Below the pieces are notes generated by a model. The model did no database searches. It was not told the origin of the DNA and saw only the letters and a list, made by a program, of their open reading frames with translations. This document shows, piece by piece, positions 40,465 through 54,400 of a stretch of 64,000 nt of DNA. Positions within the stretch are counted from its first letter, which is position 1. The number at the start of each line of letters is the position of its first letter. The stretch spans positions 266,972,001 through 267,036,000 of the forward strand of contig OZ024743.1 in NCBI GenBank assembly GCA_964016885.1, written 5' to 3'. The position numbers and the translations under genes are program-made. This stretch comes from Eledone cirrhosa. Lineage: Eukaryota.

Positions 40465-43400
40465 CTTGAATCTCAGTCATTGATGTTAGTTAACTGGAAA
40501 GTCCGTTGGAATGAATATCAAGCCACTACCTGCAGCCTCAGATATTCAGGACGTATCGGAGGGTTCTTGCTGTTCCCAGCAAGCATGCCTTTTGAAGCGT
40601 TCCAAAAAGCGTGAAGGGGCCGATTTTCTTTAACCATCCCTGGAAACTTTTGGAGATAGTCCCCAGTGCGCCTATGACAATCGGGATCACTTTGACTTCA
40701 TGGCAGTTCCAAATCCTTTTTACCTCCCACTTTAAGTCCTGGTATCGGTTAATTTTCTCCCTCTCCTTCTCTTGCACTCTCGTGTCGAATGGGCAGGCCA
40801 CATCCACAATCAGACACGATCTTTTTTCTTTGTCCACAACCACCAGGTCAGGTCTATTGTGTTCCAGTTTCTTGTCCGCCTGTATCCTAAAATCCCACAG
40901 CACCTTCAGCTGATCATTCTCCATCAACGCCTCTGGCTTATGCTCATACCATTTCTCAGAATGTGGTAAATGTTTTACTTTGCACAGGTGCCAGTGGATC
41001 ACCCTGCCCATCACATCATGTCTCCAGCTATTATAGTGGGTCTGGGCTAGGTGTTTACACTCGGTAACAATGTGAGCCACAGTCTCCTCTCTCCACAGAT
41101 CCTGCACAGTGGGCTAGCCTCCTCCTTGTAAATATGGTGTTTCAATCACTTCGTTTTGAGGGCCTGCTCCTGCGCAGCCATTAACATTCCTTCTGTAGCC
41201 TTTTTAAGGTCTCCTTTTCTCAACCAGTTCCATGTCTGTGGATCTCTAAATTCAGTTTTCTCAAAGAAGGTACTATGAAAGGATTTTTCCTGAAGGCTGC
41301 TCTTTCTCCTTGTTGTTATTTCCTCCTTGGACATCCCCTGGTCTATTGTCCTCTCCTTCAGTACAATTCTGAGTATTGGCTCCCTACTACCAGTCACGTA
41401 TTTGTGTAGGTTGTTTTTCTCCATCTGAACACAGTCCTCTATGCTGATAAGACCTCTTCCACCATCAGATCTCCTTCAGTAGAGTATATCGACATCACTC
41501 CTCTTGTGGAACATGTTGTAGATAGTCAATAGCTTCCTAGTCTTCCTATCCATTTCTTTTTGTTCAGCAACATTCCATCTCAGAATTCCCGCACTGTACC
41601 TAATAATAGACACAGCTCGGAAATTTACTGCGCTTATGGCATTTCTGCTGTTCAGATGTGACTTCAATACGCTCCTTACTCTCCGAATGTATTCAGTTCT
41701 TAACAATTCCTTCATTTTTTTGTTCTTTATGCCATCAGCCTCCAGAACGCCCAAATACTTGTATCCTTCCTCAGAGTCAATTTCTTTTATCATCTCACCT
41801 GTTGGTATCTGGATTCCGTTACTTCTGCTCAACCTACCCCTCCTCATCACAATGACTCCACACTTACTAATACCAAACTGCATACATATATCACTGCTGA
41901 AAATACGGACAGAGTCAACAAGCACATCCAACTCCTTTTCACTCTTCCCGAAGAGCTTAAGATCGTCTATGAAGAGGAGGTGATTGATGGTAAGCCCTCC
42001 CTTTCCCAACCCGTATCCTGCTCTCACTTTTCACAGTACACTGGTCGGGGGCATCAGGGCAAGGACAAACAACAGAGGGGACAGACTATCTCCCTGGAAG
42101 ATACCTCTCTTGATCTTCACGCTTCCCAAGGATACTCCAGTTGATGTCAACTATGTTTCCCAGTACCTCATACTCCTGCCCAGCAACTGTCTGATGTTAT
42201 CTGCCACCTTGAAGATCTCCAGACTTTTGGTGATCCAAGAATGAGGCACCATGTCAAATGCCTTTCTGTAGTCTATCCATCCCATGGCAAGATCAGTGTG
42301 TCTCCTCCTGCAATTCCCCATTACCATCTTATCAATAAGTAACTGGTCCTTTATACCACGTGACTTCTTTCGGCATCCTTTCTGTTCGTCCGGTAACAAG
42401 TTGTTTGTGTGGAGGTGATGGTAGATTTCCTCAGACACAATGCTCGTCAACAGTTTCCACATTACGGACAGACATGTGATAGGTCTATAGTTGGTAACAC
42501 CATTACCCTTGATTTCCAGTTGGTTAGTTTTTTGGCCTGCCCCTTAAGAGTTTCAACTGTGATACTCAAATCAGTTTGTTGGTGTGCCTGCTCACCGATC
42601 TCCCTCTGTACTGTCTCAATCCACCCTGCCTGGTCATTATGCCTAACATCCTGCTCCCATATTCCTCTCCAGAATGTTTTAGTTTGTTCCGCCCCAGGGA
42701 TCAAGTCGTTGCCTCTTTTTTTCCCCTCAAGCTGTCCAAACACCATCTTCTGGTTGTTGTCGAACATGCGGTTCTGTTTATACTGACTGACTCTGTTCTC
42801 GTATCGCCTGATTTTTGCACTATTTGCTACAATGCGTTGCTTCAGTTCCTCTATGATAATATTTAGCTTTTTCTTCCTAGTTTTGTACTTTATTTCCAGT
42901 CTATTTTTAGTGCCTATGTTTTTTAGTGTCCCATTCAGTAGTGACTCAAGCTTTCCAATGTCATTTCTCATTTCCCTGATTTGACCATTCAGTCGTTTCT
43001 TCCACCAAGGCTCTGATCTTTCTTGTTTGTTGTTTCCTCTCGCTATTATACCAAATAGTTTCCTCACCGTATTTGCTGTTGCTTTGAGGATATTGTTGCA
43101 CTGGTGAAGGCTCCTTGCCTCAAGGTATGGGATGACTTTGTTTACCTTAGCTGTGGTTTCTTTTAACTTGTTCCTGTCTACAAATCTTAGGTTCATAGGT
43201 CTCCCACTATCATTGTTCAATTCATCTACCACTAAATTTAGGATGTCAACTGAATCTTGTCCTATCCCGTCAGCATTCATCTCCTCAGTGGACGTATCTC
43301 TGTTCCAGGTATTATTTATCTCAGTATTCAGATCATTGTCTGCTTCGGGTGGTTCCTCCGTTCTCGCGACCTCCTCACCTTCATTTCCCACTGGCTCGTT

Positions 43401-44942
43401 TGCCTGGCATACTCCACTCTCCATCTCCAAGCTAATCTCTCTGCTCAGTTCCTCCAGTTCCAGCTCGCTTATCCACCCATTAGTTCTTATTACCCGAGCC
43501 TGCCCGGACAATTTTTGTTCATCTAATTTAAATAGACCAATCTCGTTCCAGATGTTATGCATCCGTCTCCTATAGTCCCTCTCCTTGGGGTTACTTTTCA
43601 GGTAACATTGCATAACAGTTCTATTCAATTCTTTCGTCCAGTTGGTTCTGGTCCCTTTCCTTCTTCTTCTTCCTCCGACACCAGCAGTATTTGCTTGACA
43701 GCCAGGTTCCTGCTGCTGAGCCAGGGTGCACCTGTTGGGTGAGAGTCTGTCACATGACGTTCTAGTCTCCATTTCACCGTTATTCGAACTGTTTAGGTTC
43801 GATATTTAAACACTCTTATCGAGGATTGGCGAATGTATGGTTACATAACCATCTGTGGATTCACCATCTCCGGTGGTTGTGCCGCTCCACTTGGCACTTG
43901 TGTGGCATTATCACCACGCTGTACACGAACACAAATAAACAAACAAACACACAGGCAGAAAAAACCCCAAAAATGAATAAGCATAAGTTTCATTGTAATG
44001 TAGTGTTCGAATGTCTGACTTAGTTTTTCCCTTCTCTTCCCTCTCCGTCCGCTTGTTTCTCTCTTCATTCTTATTTTCTTTACGTTTTTTTTTTGTTTTT
44101 GTTTTTCTCTGTTTGTTTTTCTCTTTCTTTGCTGTTGTTGCTGTGCTGCTTTGGTTTTGATGTTTGTTTTTTCTTTTTTCTTTTGAGTCTATCTATATAT
44201 TTTGATGCCTTCCTCTTTTTTAGTAGGAATTCTATAATGTGGTGGCAGCAACTAGCAGGAAGCAATGGGAGATAATAGCGGCGGTAGCGATACTGGTGGT
44301 AATGTCGATACTGAGGCAGTGGTGGTGATGTGATCGTATTACTGTAGTGATGGTGTTGTAGCGGTGGTAGCAATGAAGGAGTGGTGGCGGCGGTGATGGG
44401 ATAGTGGTAGTAATGATGGATGGGCGGCGTTTTCGTTACTGATGTCCGTTCGGTGAATCTATGGGGTTAGTCGCGTATATGTGTTGACATAAATTCCCTT
44501 AATGTTGGAATTAAACATTTTGTTAAAACTTGGGACAATAATAATAGTATTTATTATTATCATTATTATGTTGAGATTGGTTGTGGTGGTGGTGAAATTG
44601 CCGTTATCTGGCTGTTGTGTTTAGTGTACACAGAGAGGTGATGGGGTAGGTGGTGTATCTAGTTTCTGGTGTTGGTGAGATTGGTGTTGTTTGGCTGTTC
44701 TATATAGTGTAGACAGAGGAGGGGGGGGGGTTCTTCTTCTTCCATTTATAGCCATTTTCTTTTTTGAATATACAATGTACAATACAAAGTTGAATATTTG
44801 AATATTTGAGCCTTATAACAATATATTTTGGGTCCGAATTTTTTTGGGGCTCAAGCCGGATGCTTTACGTAGCATTTGTACTAAGAGTTGTTATTTCACA
44901 AATGATTTAAATATGTTAAACATTCAAAACTTACGGTAGCGA

Positions 44943-44943
<1 letters not shown>
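40465..44943 (-). mobile_element. R4/Dong family A, near full-length A1/A2 mosaic with internal deletion near 42510
   Basis: ORF start 43772 (METRTSCDRL.., WTKELNRTVMQCY); pieces 42462..43772, 42151..42462, 41476..42027, 41146..41424, 40538..41107. Confidence 0.93.
43841..43993 (-). CDS. Putative hydrophobic uORF peptide of family A (50 aa)
   Basis: MKLMLIHFWGFFCLCVCLFICVRVQRGDNATQ...MVM*. Confidence 0.5.
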   Translation of the reverse strand: MKLMLIHFWGFFCLCVCLFICVRVQRGDNATQVPSGAAQPPEMVNPQMVM

Positions 44944-45019
<76 letters not shown>

Positions 45020-46508
45020 GAGTCTCAGTCATTGATGTTAGTTAACTGGAAAGTTTGTTGAAATGAATATCAAGCCACTACCTGCAGCCTCAGATATTCA
45101 GGACGTATCGGAGAGTTCTTGCTGTTCCCAGCAAGCATGCCTTTTGAAGTGTTCCAAAAAACGGGGCGGGGCCAATTTTCTTTACCCATCCCTGGATACT
45201 TTTTGAGATATTAACTAGTGTGTCTATGACAATCGGGACCACTTTGACTTCATGGCAGTTCCAAATCCTTTATTCCTCCCACTTTAAGTCCTGGTATCGG
45301 TTAATTTTCTCCCTCTCCTTCTCTTGCACTCTCGTGTCGAATGGGCAGGCCGCATCCACAATCAGGCCCGATCTTTTTTCCTTGTCCAAAACCAATAGTT
45401 CAGGTCTATTGTGTTCCAGTTTCTTGTCCGTCTGTATCATAAAATCCCACAGCACCTTCATCTGATCGTTTTCTATCACCGACTCTGGCTTATGCTCATA
45501 CCACTTCTCAGAATGTGGTAAATTGTTTACTTTGCATAGGTGCCAGTGGATCACTCTGCCCATCACATTATGTCTCCAGCCTTTATAGTGAGTCTTGGCG
45601 AGGTGTTTATACTCGGATACAATGTGAGCCACAGTCTCCCCTCTCTCTCTCCACAGATCCTGCACAGTGGGCTAGCCTCCTCCTTGTAAATGTGGTGTTT
45701 CAACCACTTCGTTTTGAGGGCCTGCTCCTGCGCAGCCATTAACATTCCTTCTGTAGCCTTTTTAAGGTCTCCTCTTTTTAACCAGTTCCATGTCCGCAGA
45801 TCTCTAAATTCAGTTTTCTCAAAGAAGGTACTATGAAGGGATTTTTCAGGAAGGTTGCTCTTTCCTCTTGTTGTTATTTCCTCCATGGACATCGCCTGGT
45901 CTATTGTCCTCTCTTTCAGTACAATTCTGAGTATTGGCTCCCTACTGTCAGTATTTGTGTATGTTCTTTTTCTCCATCTGAACACAGACCTCCATACTGA
46001 TAAGACATCTTCCACCTTCCGATCTCCTTAAGTAGAGTCTATCGACATCACTCCTCTTGTGGAACATGTTGTAGATACTCAATAGCTTCCTAGTCTTCCT
46101 ATCCATTTATTTTTGTTCAGCAACATTCCATTTCATAATTCCAGCACTGTACCTAATAATAGACACAGCTCGGGAATTCACTGCACTTATGACATTCCTA
46201 CTATTTTGATGTGAATTTAAATCGCTCCTTACTCTCCTTATGTACTCAGATCTTATAAATTTCTTCATTTTTTTCTTCTTGATGTCATCTGCCTCCAGAA
46301 CACCTAAATATTTGTATTCTTCTTCAGTGTCAATTTCATTTATCATCTCACCTGTTGGTACCTGGGCTCCGTTGCTTCTGCTCAATTTACCCCCTCTTCA
46401 TCCCTAGGACTACACACTTATTAATACCAAATTGCATACATATATCATTGATGAAAATACGGACAGTGTCAACAAGTACATCCAACGCCTTCTCACTCTT
46501 CTCAAAGA

Positions 46509-46509
<1 letters not shown>
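45020..46509 (-). mobile_element. R4/Dong family A2, 5'-truncated, degenerate
   Basis: Pieces 46107..46385, 45563..46015, 45270..45665; TTA repeats on both sides. Confidence 0.9.
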
Positions 46510-46541
<32 letters not shown>

Positions 46542-46627
46542 GTTATTGTTATTCCTTGAATCTCAGTCATTGATGTTGGTTAACTGGAAAGTCCATTGGA
46601 TTGAATATCAAGCCACTACCTGCAGCC

Positions 46628-49600
46628 TCAGATATTCAGGACGTATCGGAGGGTTCTTGCCGTTCCAAGCAAGCATGCCTTTTGAAGCGTTCCAAAAAGC
46701 GTGAAGGGGCCGATTTTCTTTAACCATCCCTGGAAACCTTTGGAGATAGTCCCCAGTGCGCCTATGACAATCGGGATCACTTTGACTTCATGGCAGTTCC
46801 AAATCCTTTTCACCTCCCACTTTAGGTCCTGGTATCGGTTAATTTTCTCCCTCTCCTTCTCTTGCACTCTCGTGTCGAACGGGCAGGCCACATCCACAAT
46901 CAGGCACGATCTTTTTTCTTTGTCCACAACCACCAGGTCAGGTCTATTGTGTTCCAGTTTTTTGTCCGTCTGTATCCTAAAATCCCACAGCACCTTCACC
47001 TGACTGTTCTCCATCACCGCCTCTGGCCTATGCTCATACCATTTGTCAGAATGTGGTAGATTGTTTACTTTGCACAGGTGCCAGTGGATCACCCTGCCCA
47101 TCACATCGTGTCTCCAGCCCTTATAGTGGGTCTGGGCTAGGTGTTTACACTCGGACACAATGTGAGCCACAGTCTCCTCTCTCTCTCCACAGATCCTGCA
47201 CAGTGGGCTAGCCTCCTCCTTGTAGATATAGTGCTTCAACCACTTCGTTTTGGGGGCCTGCTCCTGCGCAGCCTTTAGCATTCCTTCTGTAGCCTTTTTG
47301 AGGTCTCCTCTTCTCAACCAGTTCCATGTCTGTGGATCTCTAAATTCTTTCTCCTTGATGTTATTTCCTCCTTGGATATCCCCTGGCCTACTGTCCCCTC
47401 CTTCAGTACAGCTCTGAGCATTGGCTCCTTACTATAGGTCACGTATTTGTATAGGTTGTTTTTCTCCATCTGAACACAGTCCTCTATGCTGATAAGACCT
47501 CTTCCACCCTCAGATCTCCTTAGGTAGAGTCTATCGACATCACTCCTCTTGTGGAACATGTTGTAGATAGTCAATAGCTTCCTAGTCTTCCTATCCATTT
47601 CTTTTTGTTCAGCAACATTCCATCTCAGAATTCCCGCACTGTACCTAATAATAGACACAGCTCGGGAATTTACTGCGCTTATGGCATTTCTGCTGTTCAG
47701 ATGTGACTTCAATACGCTCCTTACTCTCCGAATGTATTCAGTTCTTAACAATTCCTTCATTTTTTTGTTCTTTATGCCATCAGCCTCCAGAACGCCCAAA
47801 TACTTGTATCCTTCCTCAGAGTCAATTTCCTTTATCATCTCACCTGTTGGTATCTGGATCCCGTTACTTCTGCTCAACCTACCCCTCCTCATCACAATGA
47901 CTCCACATTTACCAATACCAAACTGCATACATATATCACTGCTGAAAATACGGACAGTGTCAACAAGCACATCCAACTCCTTCTCACTTTTCCCGAAGAG
48001 CTTAAGATCGTCCATGAAGAGGAGGTGATTGATGGTAAGCTCTCCCCTTCCCAACTTGTATCCTGCTCTCACTTTTCGCAGCATAATGGTCAAGGGCATC
48101 AGGGCAAGGACAAACAACAGAGGGGACAGGCTATCTCCCTGGAAGATACCTCTCTTGATCTTCACGCTTCCCAAGGATACTCCAGTTGATGTCAACTCTG
48201 TCTTCCAGGACCCCATACTCCTGCCCAGCAACTGTCTGATGTTATCTGCCACCCTGAAGATCTCCAGGCTTTTGGTGATCCAGGAATGAGGCACCATGTC
48301 AAATGCCTTTCTGTAGTCTATCCATCCCATGGCAAGATCAGTGTGTCTCCTCCTGCAATTCCCCATTACCATCTTATCAATAAGCAACTGGTCCTTTGTA
48401 CCACGTGACTTCTTTCGGCATCCTTTCTGTTCGTCCGGCAACAAGTTGTTTGTGTGGAGGTGATGGTAGATTTCCTCAGACACAATGCTCGTCAACAGTT
48501 TCCACATTACGGGCAGACATGTGATAGGTCTATAGTTGGTAACATCATTACCCTTGATTCGGTCTTTCATTATCAGAACTGTGGTACCTTTTGTCAACCA
48601 CTCTGGCACCTCACCCGACACCAAGCAGTCATTGAACATGGCCGTCAGCTTCGGGTGGAGGGATGTTAAATGTTTAATCCAATACCCCTGCACACCATCT
48701 GGGCCTGGTGATTTCCAGTTGGTTAGTTTTTTGGCTTGCCCCTTAAGAGTTTCAACTGTGATACTCAAATCAGTCTGTTGCTGTGCCTGCTCACCGATCT
48801 CCCTCTGTACTGTCTCAATCCACCCTGCCTGGGCATTGTGTCTAACATCCTGCTCCCATATTCCTCTCCAGAATGTTTTAGCTTGTTCCGCCCCAGGGAT
48901 CAAGTCGTTGCCTCTTTCTTTCCCCTCAAGCTGTCCAAACAGCATCTTCTGGTTGTTGTCGAACATGCGGTTCTGTTTATACTGACTGACTCTGTTCTCG
49001 TATCGCCTGATTTTGGCACTCTTTGCTACAATGCGTTGCTTCAATTCCTCTATGATAATATTTAGCTTTTTACTCCTAGTTTTGTATTTTATTTCCAGTC
49101 TATTTTTAGTGCCTATGTTTTTTAGTGTCCCATTCAGTAGTGACTCAAGCTTTCCTATGTCATTTCTCATTTCCCCGATTTGCCCACTCAGTCGCTTCTT
49201 CCACCACGGCTCTGCTCTTTCTTGTCTGTTGTTTCCTCTCGCTTTTATACCAAGTAGTTTCCTCACCGTATTTGCTGTTGCTTTGAGGATATTGTTGCAC
49301 TGGTGAAGACTCCTCGCCTCAAGGTATGGGATGACTTTGTTTACCTTAGCTGTTGTTTCTTTTAACTTTTTCCTGTCTACAAATCTTAGGTTCATAGGTC
49401 TCCCACTATCATTGTTCAACTCATCTACCACTAAATTTAGGATGTCAACCGAATCTTGTCCTAGCCCGTCAGCATTCATCTCCTCAGTGGCCGTATCTCT
49501 GTTCCAGGTATTATTTATCTCAGTATTCAGATCATTGTCTGCTTCGGGTGGTTCCTCCGTTCTCATTACCTCCTCACCTTCATTTCCCGCCGGCTCGCTT

Positions 49601-49971
49601 GTCTGGCATACTACACCCGCCATCTCCAAGCCATTCTCTCTGCTCAGTTCCTCCAGTTCCAGCTCGCTTATCCACCCATTAGTTCTTATTACCCGAGCCT
49701 GCCCGGCCAATTTTTGTTCATCTAATTTAAATAAACCAATCTCGTTCCAGATGTTATGCATCCGTCTCCTGTAGCCCCTCTCCTTGGGGTTACTTTTCAG
49801 GTAGCATTGCATAACAGTTCTATTCAATTCTTTCGTCCAGTTGGTTCTGGCCCCTTTCCTTCTTCTTCTTCCTCCAACATCAGCAGTATTTGGTTGACAG
49901 TCAGGTTCCTGCTGCTGAGCCAGGGGGCACCTGTTGGGTGAGAGTCTGTCACATGACGTTCTAGTCTCCAT
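46628..49971 (-). pseudogene. Family A1 RT-RLE polyprotein, broken only by a ~49-bp deletion at ~47347
   Basis: 885-aa ORF 47314..49971 (RT with FMDD) + 229-aa ORF 46628..47317 (CCHC, RHD, PD-D nuclease); comparison with 5701-5751 shows the deletion. Confidence 0.93.
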
Positions 49972-50039
49972 TTCACCGTTATTCGAACTGTTTATGTTCG
50001 ATATTTAAACACTCTTATCGAGGATTGGCGAATGTATGT

Positions 50040-50174
50040 TTACATAGCCATCTGTAGATCCGCCATCCCACTTGGCCCTTGTGTGGCATTATCACCACGC
50101 TGTATACGGACACACATAAACAAACAAACACACGGGCAGAAAGGGCCCCAAAAATGAATAAGCATAAGTTTCAT
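50040..50174 (-). CDS. Putative hydrophobic uORF peptide of family A1 (44 aa)
   Basis: MKLMLIHFWGPFCPCVCLFMCVRIQRGDNATQGPSGMADLQMAM*, ends 68 nt before the RT ATG. Confidence 0.5.
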   Translation of the reverse strand: MKLMLIHFWGPFCPCVCLFMCVRIQRGDNATQGPSGMADLQMAM

Positions 50175-50544
50175 TGTAATGTAGTATTCGAATGTCTGAC
50201 TTAGTTTTTGTTTTTTAAGTTTTACTTTTTCCCCCCTCTTCTCTGTCCGTCCGCCTGCTTCTCTCTTCATTCTTATTTTCTTTACGTTTTTGGGGTTTCT
50301 TTTTTTGTTTTTGTTTTTCTCTGTTTGTTTTTCTCGTTTTTTGCTGTTGTTGCTGTGCTGCTTTTGTTGTTTGTTTTTTCTTTTTTCTTTTGAGTCTATC
50401 TATATATTTTGATGCCTTCCTCTTTGTTAGTAGTAGGAATTCTATAATGTGGAAGTGGCAGCCAGCAGAGACTGGCGGCGTTGGCGATACTGAGACAGTG
50501 GTGGTGGTGATGTCGATACCGAGGCAGTGGTGGCGGTGATGCGA

Positions 50545-51199
50545 CCGTATTACTGTAGTGATGGTGCTGTAGCGGTGGCAGCAGCAGTGAAGGAGTCAAG
50601 GGGTGGTGGCGGCGGTGATGGGATAGTGGTGGTAATGATGGCCGTAGTGAGCGGTGGCGGTGAAGGTGAAAATGCTGTTGTGTTTAGTGTACACATATGA
50701 TGGGGTGGGTGGTGTATCTAGTTTCTGGTGTTGGTGAGTTTCGCTGTCCTATATAGTGTAGCCAGAGGAGAGGAGGGGGGGGGGGTCTTCTTCTTCCATT
50801 TATAGCCATTTTATTTTTTTGGGATATACAGTGTACAATACAAAGTTGAATATTTGAATATTTGAGCCGTATTACTGTAGTGATGGTGCTGTAGCGGTGG
50901 CAGCAGCAGTGAAGGAGTCAAGGGGTGGTGGCGGCGGTGATGGGATAGTGGTGGTAATGATGGCCGTAGTGAGCGGTGGCGGTGAAGGTGAAAATGCTGT
51001 TGTGTTTAGTGTACACAGATGATGGGGTGGGTGGTGTATCTAGTTTCTGGTGTTGGTGAGTTTAGCTGTCCTATATAGTGTAGCCAGAGGAGAGGAGGGG
51101 GGGGGGTTCTTCTTCTTCCATTTATAGCCATTTTTTTTTTTTTTTTTTTTTGGGATATACAGTGTACAATACAAAGTTGAATATTTGAATATTTGAGCC
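50545..51199. repeat. ~322-bp tandem duplication within the family A1 leader
   Basis: ccgtattactgtagtgatggtgctg... starts at 50545 and again at 50867. Confidence 0.92.
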
Positions 51200-51374
51200 T
51201 TATAACAATATATTTTGGGTCCGAATTTTTTTGGGGCTCAAGCCGGGTGCTTTACGTAGCATTTGTACTAAGAGTTGTTATTTCACAAATGATTTAAATA
51301 TGTTAAAAATTCAAAACTTACGGGAGCGATTTCATGACCTCCGTCACCTCGTGCGTCTTCTTCCCTTATTATTA

Positions 51375-51428
<54 letters not shown>

Positions 51429-51429
<1 letters not shown>

Positions 51430-54400
51430 AGTTGCATTTATCGTGCTTTATGTTCATACGAGTTATCACCAAGTCACAACCAGTGACCTCAAGAGACAAC
51501 AAAGTCCGCCATGTTCAAGACAGAACATACATACTCACACATGCATCTTTAGTGTTTAGACTTGTGATGTACTTATATTGACAGATTCTTCCTTAGTATA
51601 TGGGCAGTTCCTATTAGTACTATCTTTTGTATTTCTCCTATACGCGGGTTTCCTGGGATTTGCGATAAGTAATCATTAGACCCCTTAGGTATCATTCCCA
51701 GAGCGCCTACAACCACTGGTATTGTTTTAGTTCTGAATTTCCACATTTTTCCAATTTCTATCTCCAGGTCCTTATACTTGCTCAATTTTTCAAATGTTTT
51801 TATAGATACATTCTTGTCTATTGGAACGGACATATCAATTAGCAGGCATACCCTCCTTTTAAAGTCCTTCAATATTATATCAGGTCTATTTGCATCTATT
51901 TTTCGGTCTGTTTGGATGCTAAAGTTCTACAAGATTGAGATGTGATCTTTTTCAAGTATGGGAGGTGGTTGATGCTCCCACCAATTCTTTTGATGGGGCA
52001 GGTCAAAATGCTTACACATTATCCAATGTATGTATTGTGCAGCTCTGTCATGCCTGTTTAGGTATTCGGTTGGAGCTATAGGACTGCACATTGAAATTAT
52101 ATGGTCAATGGTCTCTGGTTGTTTTTCGCATACACGGCATAATGGGCTGCATTCATTTTTTATTATGTTGGCTTGGTAATTTTTTGTTGGCAGACACTGA
52201 TCTTGTGCTGAAATAATCAGTCCTTCAGTCTCCGATTTCAGTCCAGAGGATGCCAACCACTGATGGGTTAAAGTTTTGTCAACATCAGGATTGTTAGCTC
52301 GCTCTGGGTATTTTCCATACAGAGGCTTTTCTTGCCATTTCTTAGCCAGTTTCTGTAGCAGTTCTTTCTTTGTAGTTACTTTTACCTGCTTTGCTTTTTC
52401 TGTGTTTTCCATTTCAGCAGTAAATGGGACTTCTGAAATTTGTAGTCCTTTACTGTATCTTTGTGCATCTTTTGTAATGGAATATGATCTTTTGATGCTT
52501 TCGTGTTTCAAAACGAGTTTGATCATCCAATCATGTGATTCCCTTAGATATGTAGATAATCCAATTGTTGCAGTTTTTAACGCAATGTCCAACTGGATTA
52601 ACCCACGTCCTCCTTCTTTCCTAGGGAGATATATTCTCTCTATATCTGCCTTAGGGTGATGCATTCTGTGTATGGTTAAGAATTTTCAAATTTTTGTATC
52701 GAGCCTACGGATCTCTGTGCTTGACCAGTTGATGACATTGTAACTGTAGGTTACTACTGGTATGGCAAGTGTGTTTATGGCATCGATCCTATTCCTTGCA
52801 TTCAATTCCGTTCTTAAGATCGCTCTGACTCTGCGGTAACATTCCTTCCTTATCCTTTCCCTCATTGTCGAGTGCTTGATTCCGTCTCCTTCACAAACAC
52901 CTAGATATTTGCAAGTTTTTTCTTGATCAAGTTCTCTTATCACGTTCCCCCGATCAAGATTAATGTCTGAACTCTTCAGTAGCTTTCCTCTGGTGAACGT
53001 TGCTTTGGCGCATTTACCTAGTCCAAACTCCATTTTAATGTCATCACTGAACTGCTCCACAGCCCTTGCAATTGTTCATAATTTTTTGAAAATAGTTTCA
53101 GGTCATCCATGTAGAATAAGTGATTAATGGTTTTGCCATAGACTTTATATCCATGTTTTGTTTCATTGAGCATTTTACTTAATGGTATAAGTGCGATGCA
53201 GAATAAAAGCGGTGATAAAGAGTCACCCTGAAAAATTCCACAATTAATATTAACTTCTCCAGCTTCCAGTGATTTTGTTTCACTATTCAAAAGGAGTGTC
53301 GTTTTCCATGTCTTCATACTGAATGACAAAAACCTCCTGAAAACGGGGGATATTTTGAAAATCTCTAAACATTTTTCAATCCAACTGTGGCAAACTATCG
53401 AATGCTTTTTTTATAATCTATCCAAGTAATCGATAGATTTTTGTGTCTATTATGACAATCTTCCAGTATCATTTTGTTAACCGAAAGCTGATCCTTACAG
53501 CCATATCAGCCTCGTTTACACCTTTTCTGCTCAATGGGAAATAGGTCATTTGTTATCAGGTGGTCATATGTGTATTTAGTTAGGAGTGATGTTAAAATTT
53601 TATACATTGTGGTCAAGCAAGTTATCGGTCTGTAATTTTTGGGATTGTTTGTCTCATCATTCTTCGGAAGCAGGAATGTAATGCCGTTAAATAGGCATGG
53701 TGGTATCTTTACTGGCTCCTTAACTATTTCATTGAAAAGTTGGGCTAACAGCTCATGAGACTCTGTGAAGGCATTTATCCAAAAGTTTTGCATTTTGTCT
53801 TTTCCTGGGGATTTCCATTTGCTGGTTTTTCTTAGAGCCAAGCGCACATGTTCAACTGTTATATTTTCCCATATTCGTTCCTCAAGGTGAGCTGTATCTT
53901 TCATTTGTCTGTCTATCCATGGGGCATGTATGTTATGAACTTTTTCTTCGGCCCAGATCTTTTCCCAGAATTCTTGCACTTCCTCCTTGGGTGGTATTGA
54001 TTTAGCAGTTATTGTTGACTTACCAATTTTTCTGTAGAAGTTTCTTTGGTTGTTTTTGAACATATTATTGTCCTTATAGAATCTAGATCGTTTTTCAAAG
54101 CGCCTTATACGAGCAGCTTTGGCCGACACTTTTTGCTTGATTATTTCTATCAGCATGTCTATGTCACTTGTTGATTTTATACTGTACTTTCTTTTCAATT
54201 TTCTAAGTTTAGTTTGTTTAACATGTTCACCTTCTTTATAGTTTGTTAAAATTTCTATGTCAGATGGGAGAAGGTTTATTTGGCGATTGATGTTCTCTTG
54301 CCAAGTAGATTTCTTGTGGGAATTCCTTTGTTTTTACATCTTCACTCCACATAAGTGAGTGGTGACTTAGGGCGATGCATAATAGAGATAATTTAAATCA

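Larger units (their letters stand above)
46554..51365 (-). mobile_element. R4/Dong family A1, full-length, young
   Basis: ~1.4-kb leader, single long ORF, 3' UTR, AAT tail; (TTA)n at both ends. Confidence 0.96.

Noticed and set aside
47681-49941. Antisense ORFs recurring in several R4 copies
   Set aside because: Shadow frames of near-identical repeats; recurrence is explained by copy identity
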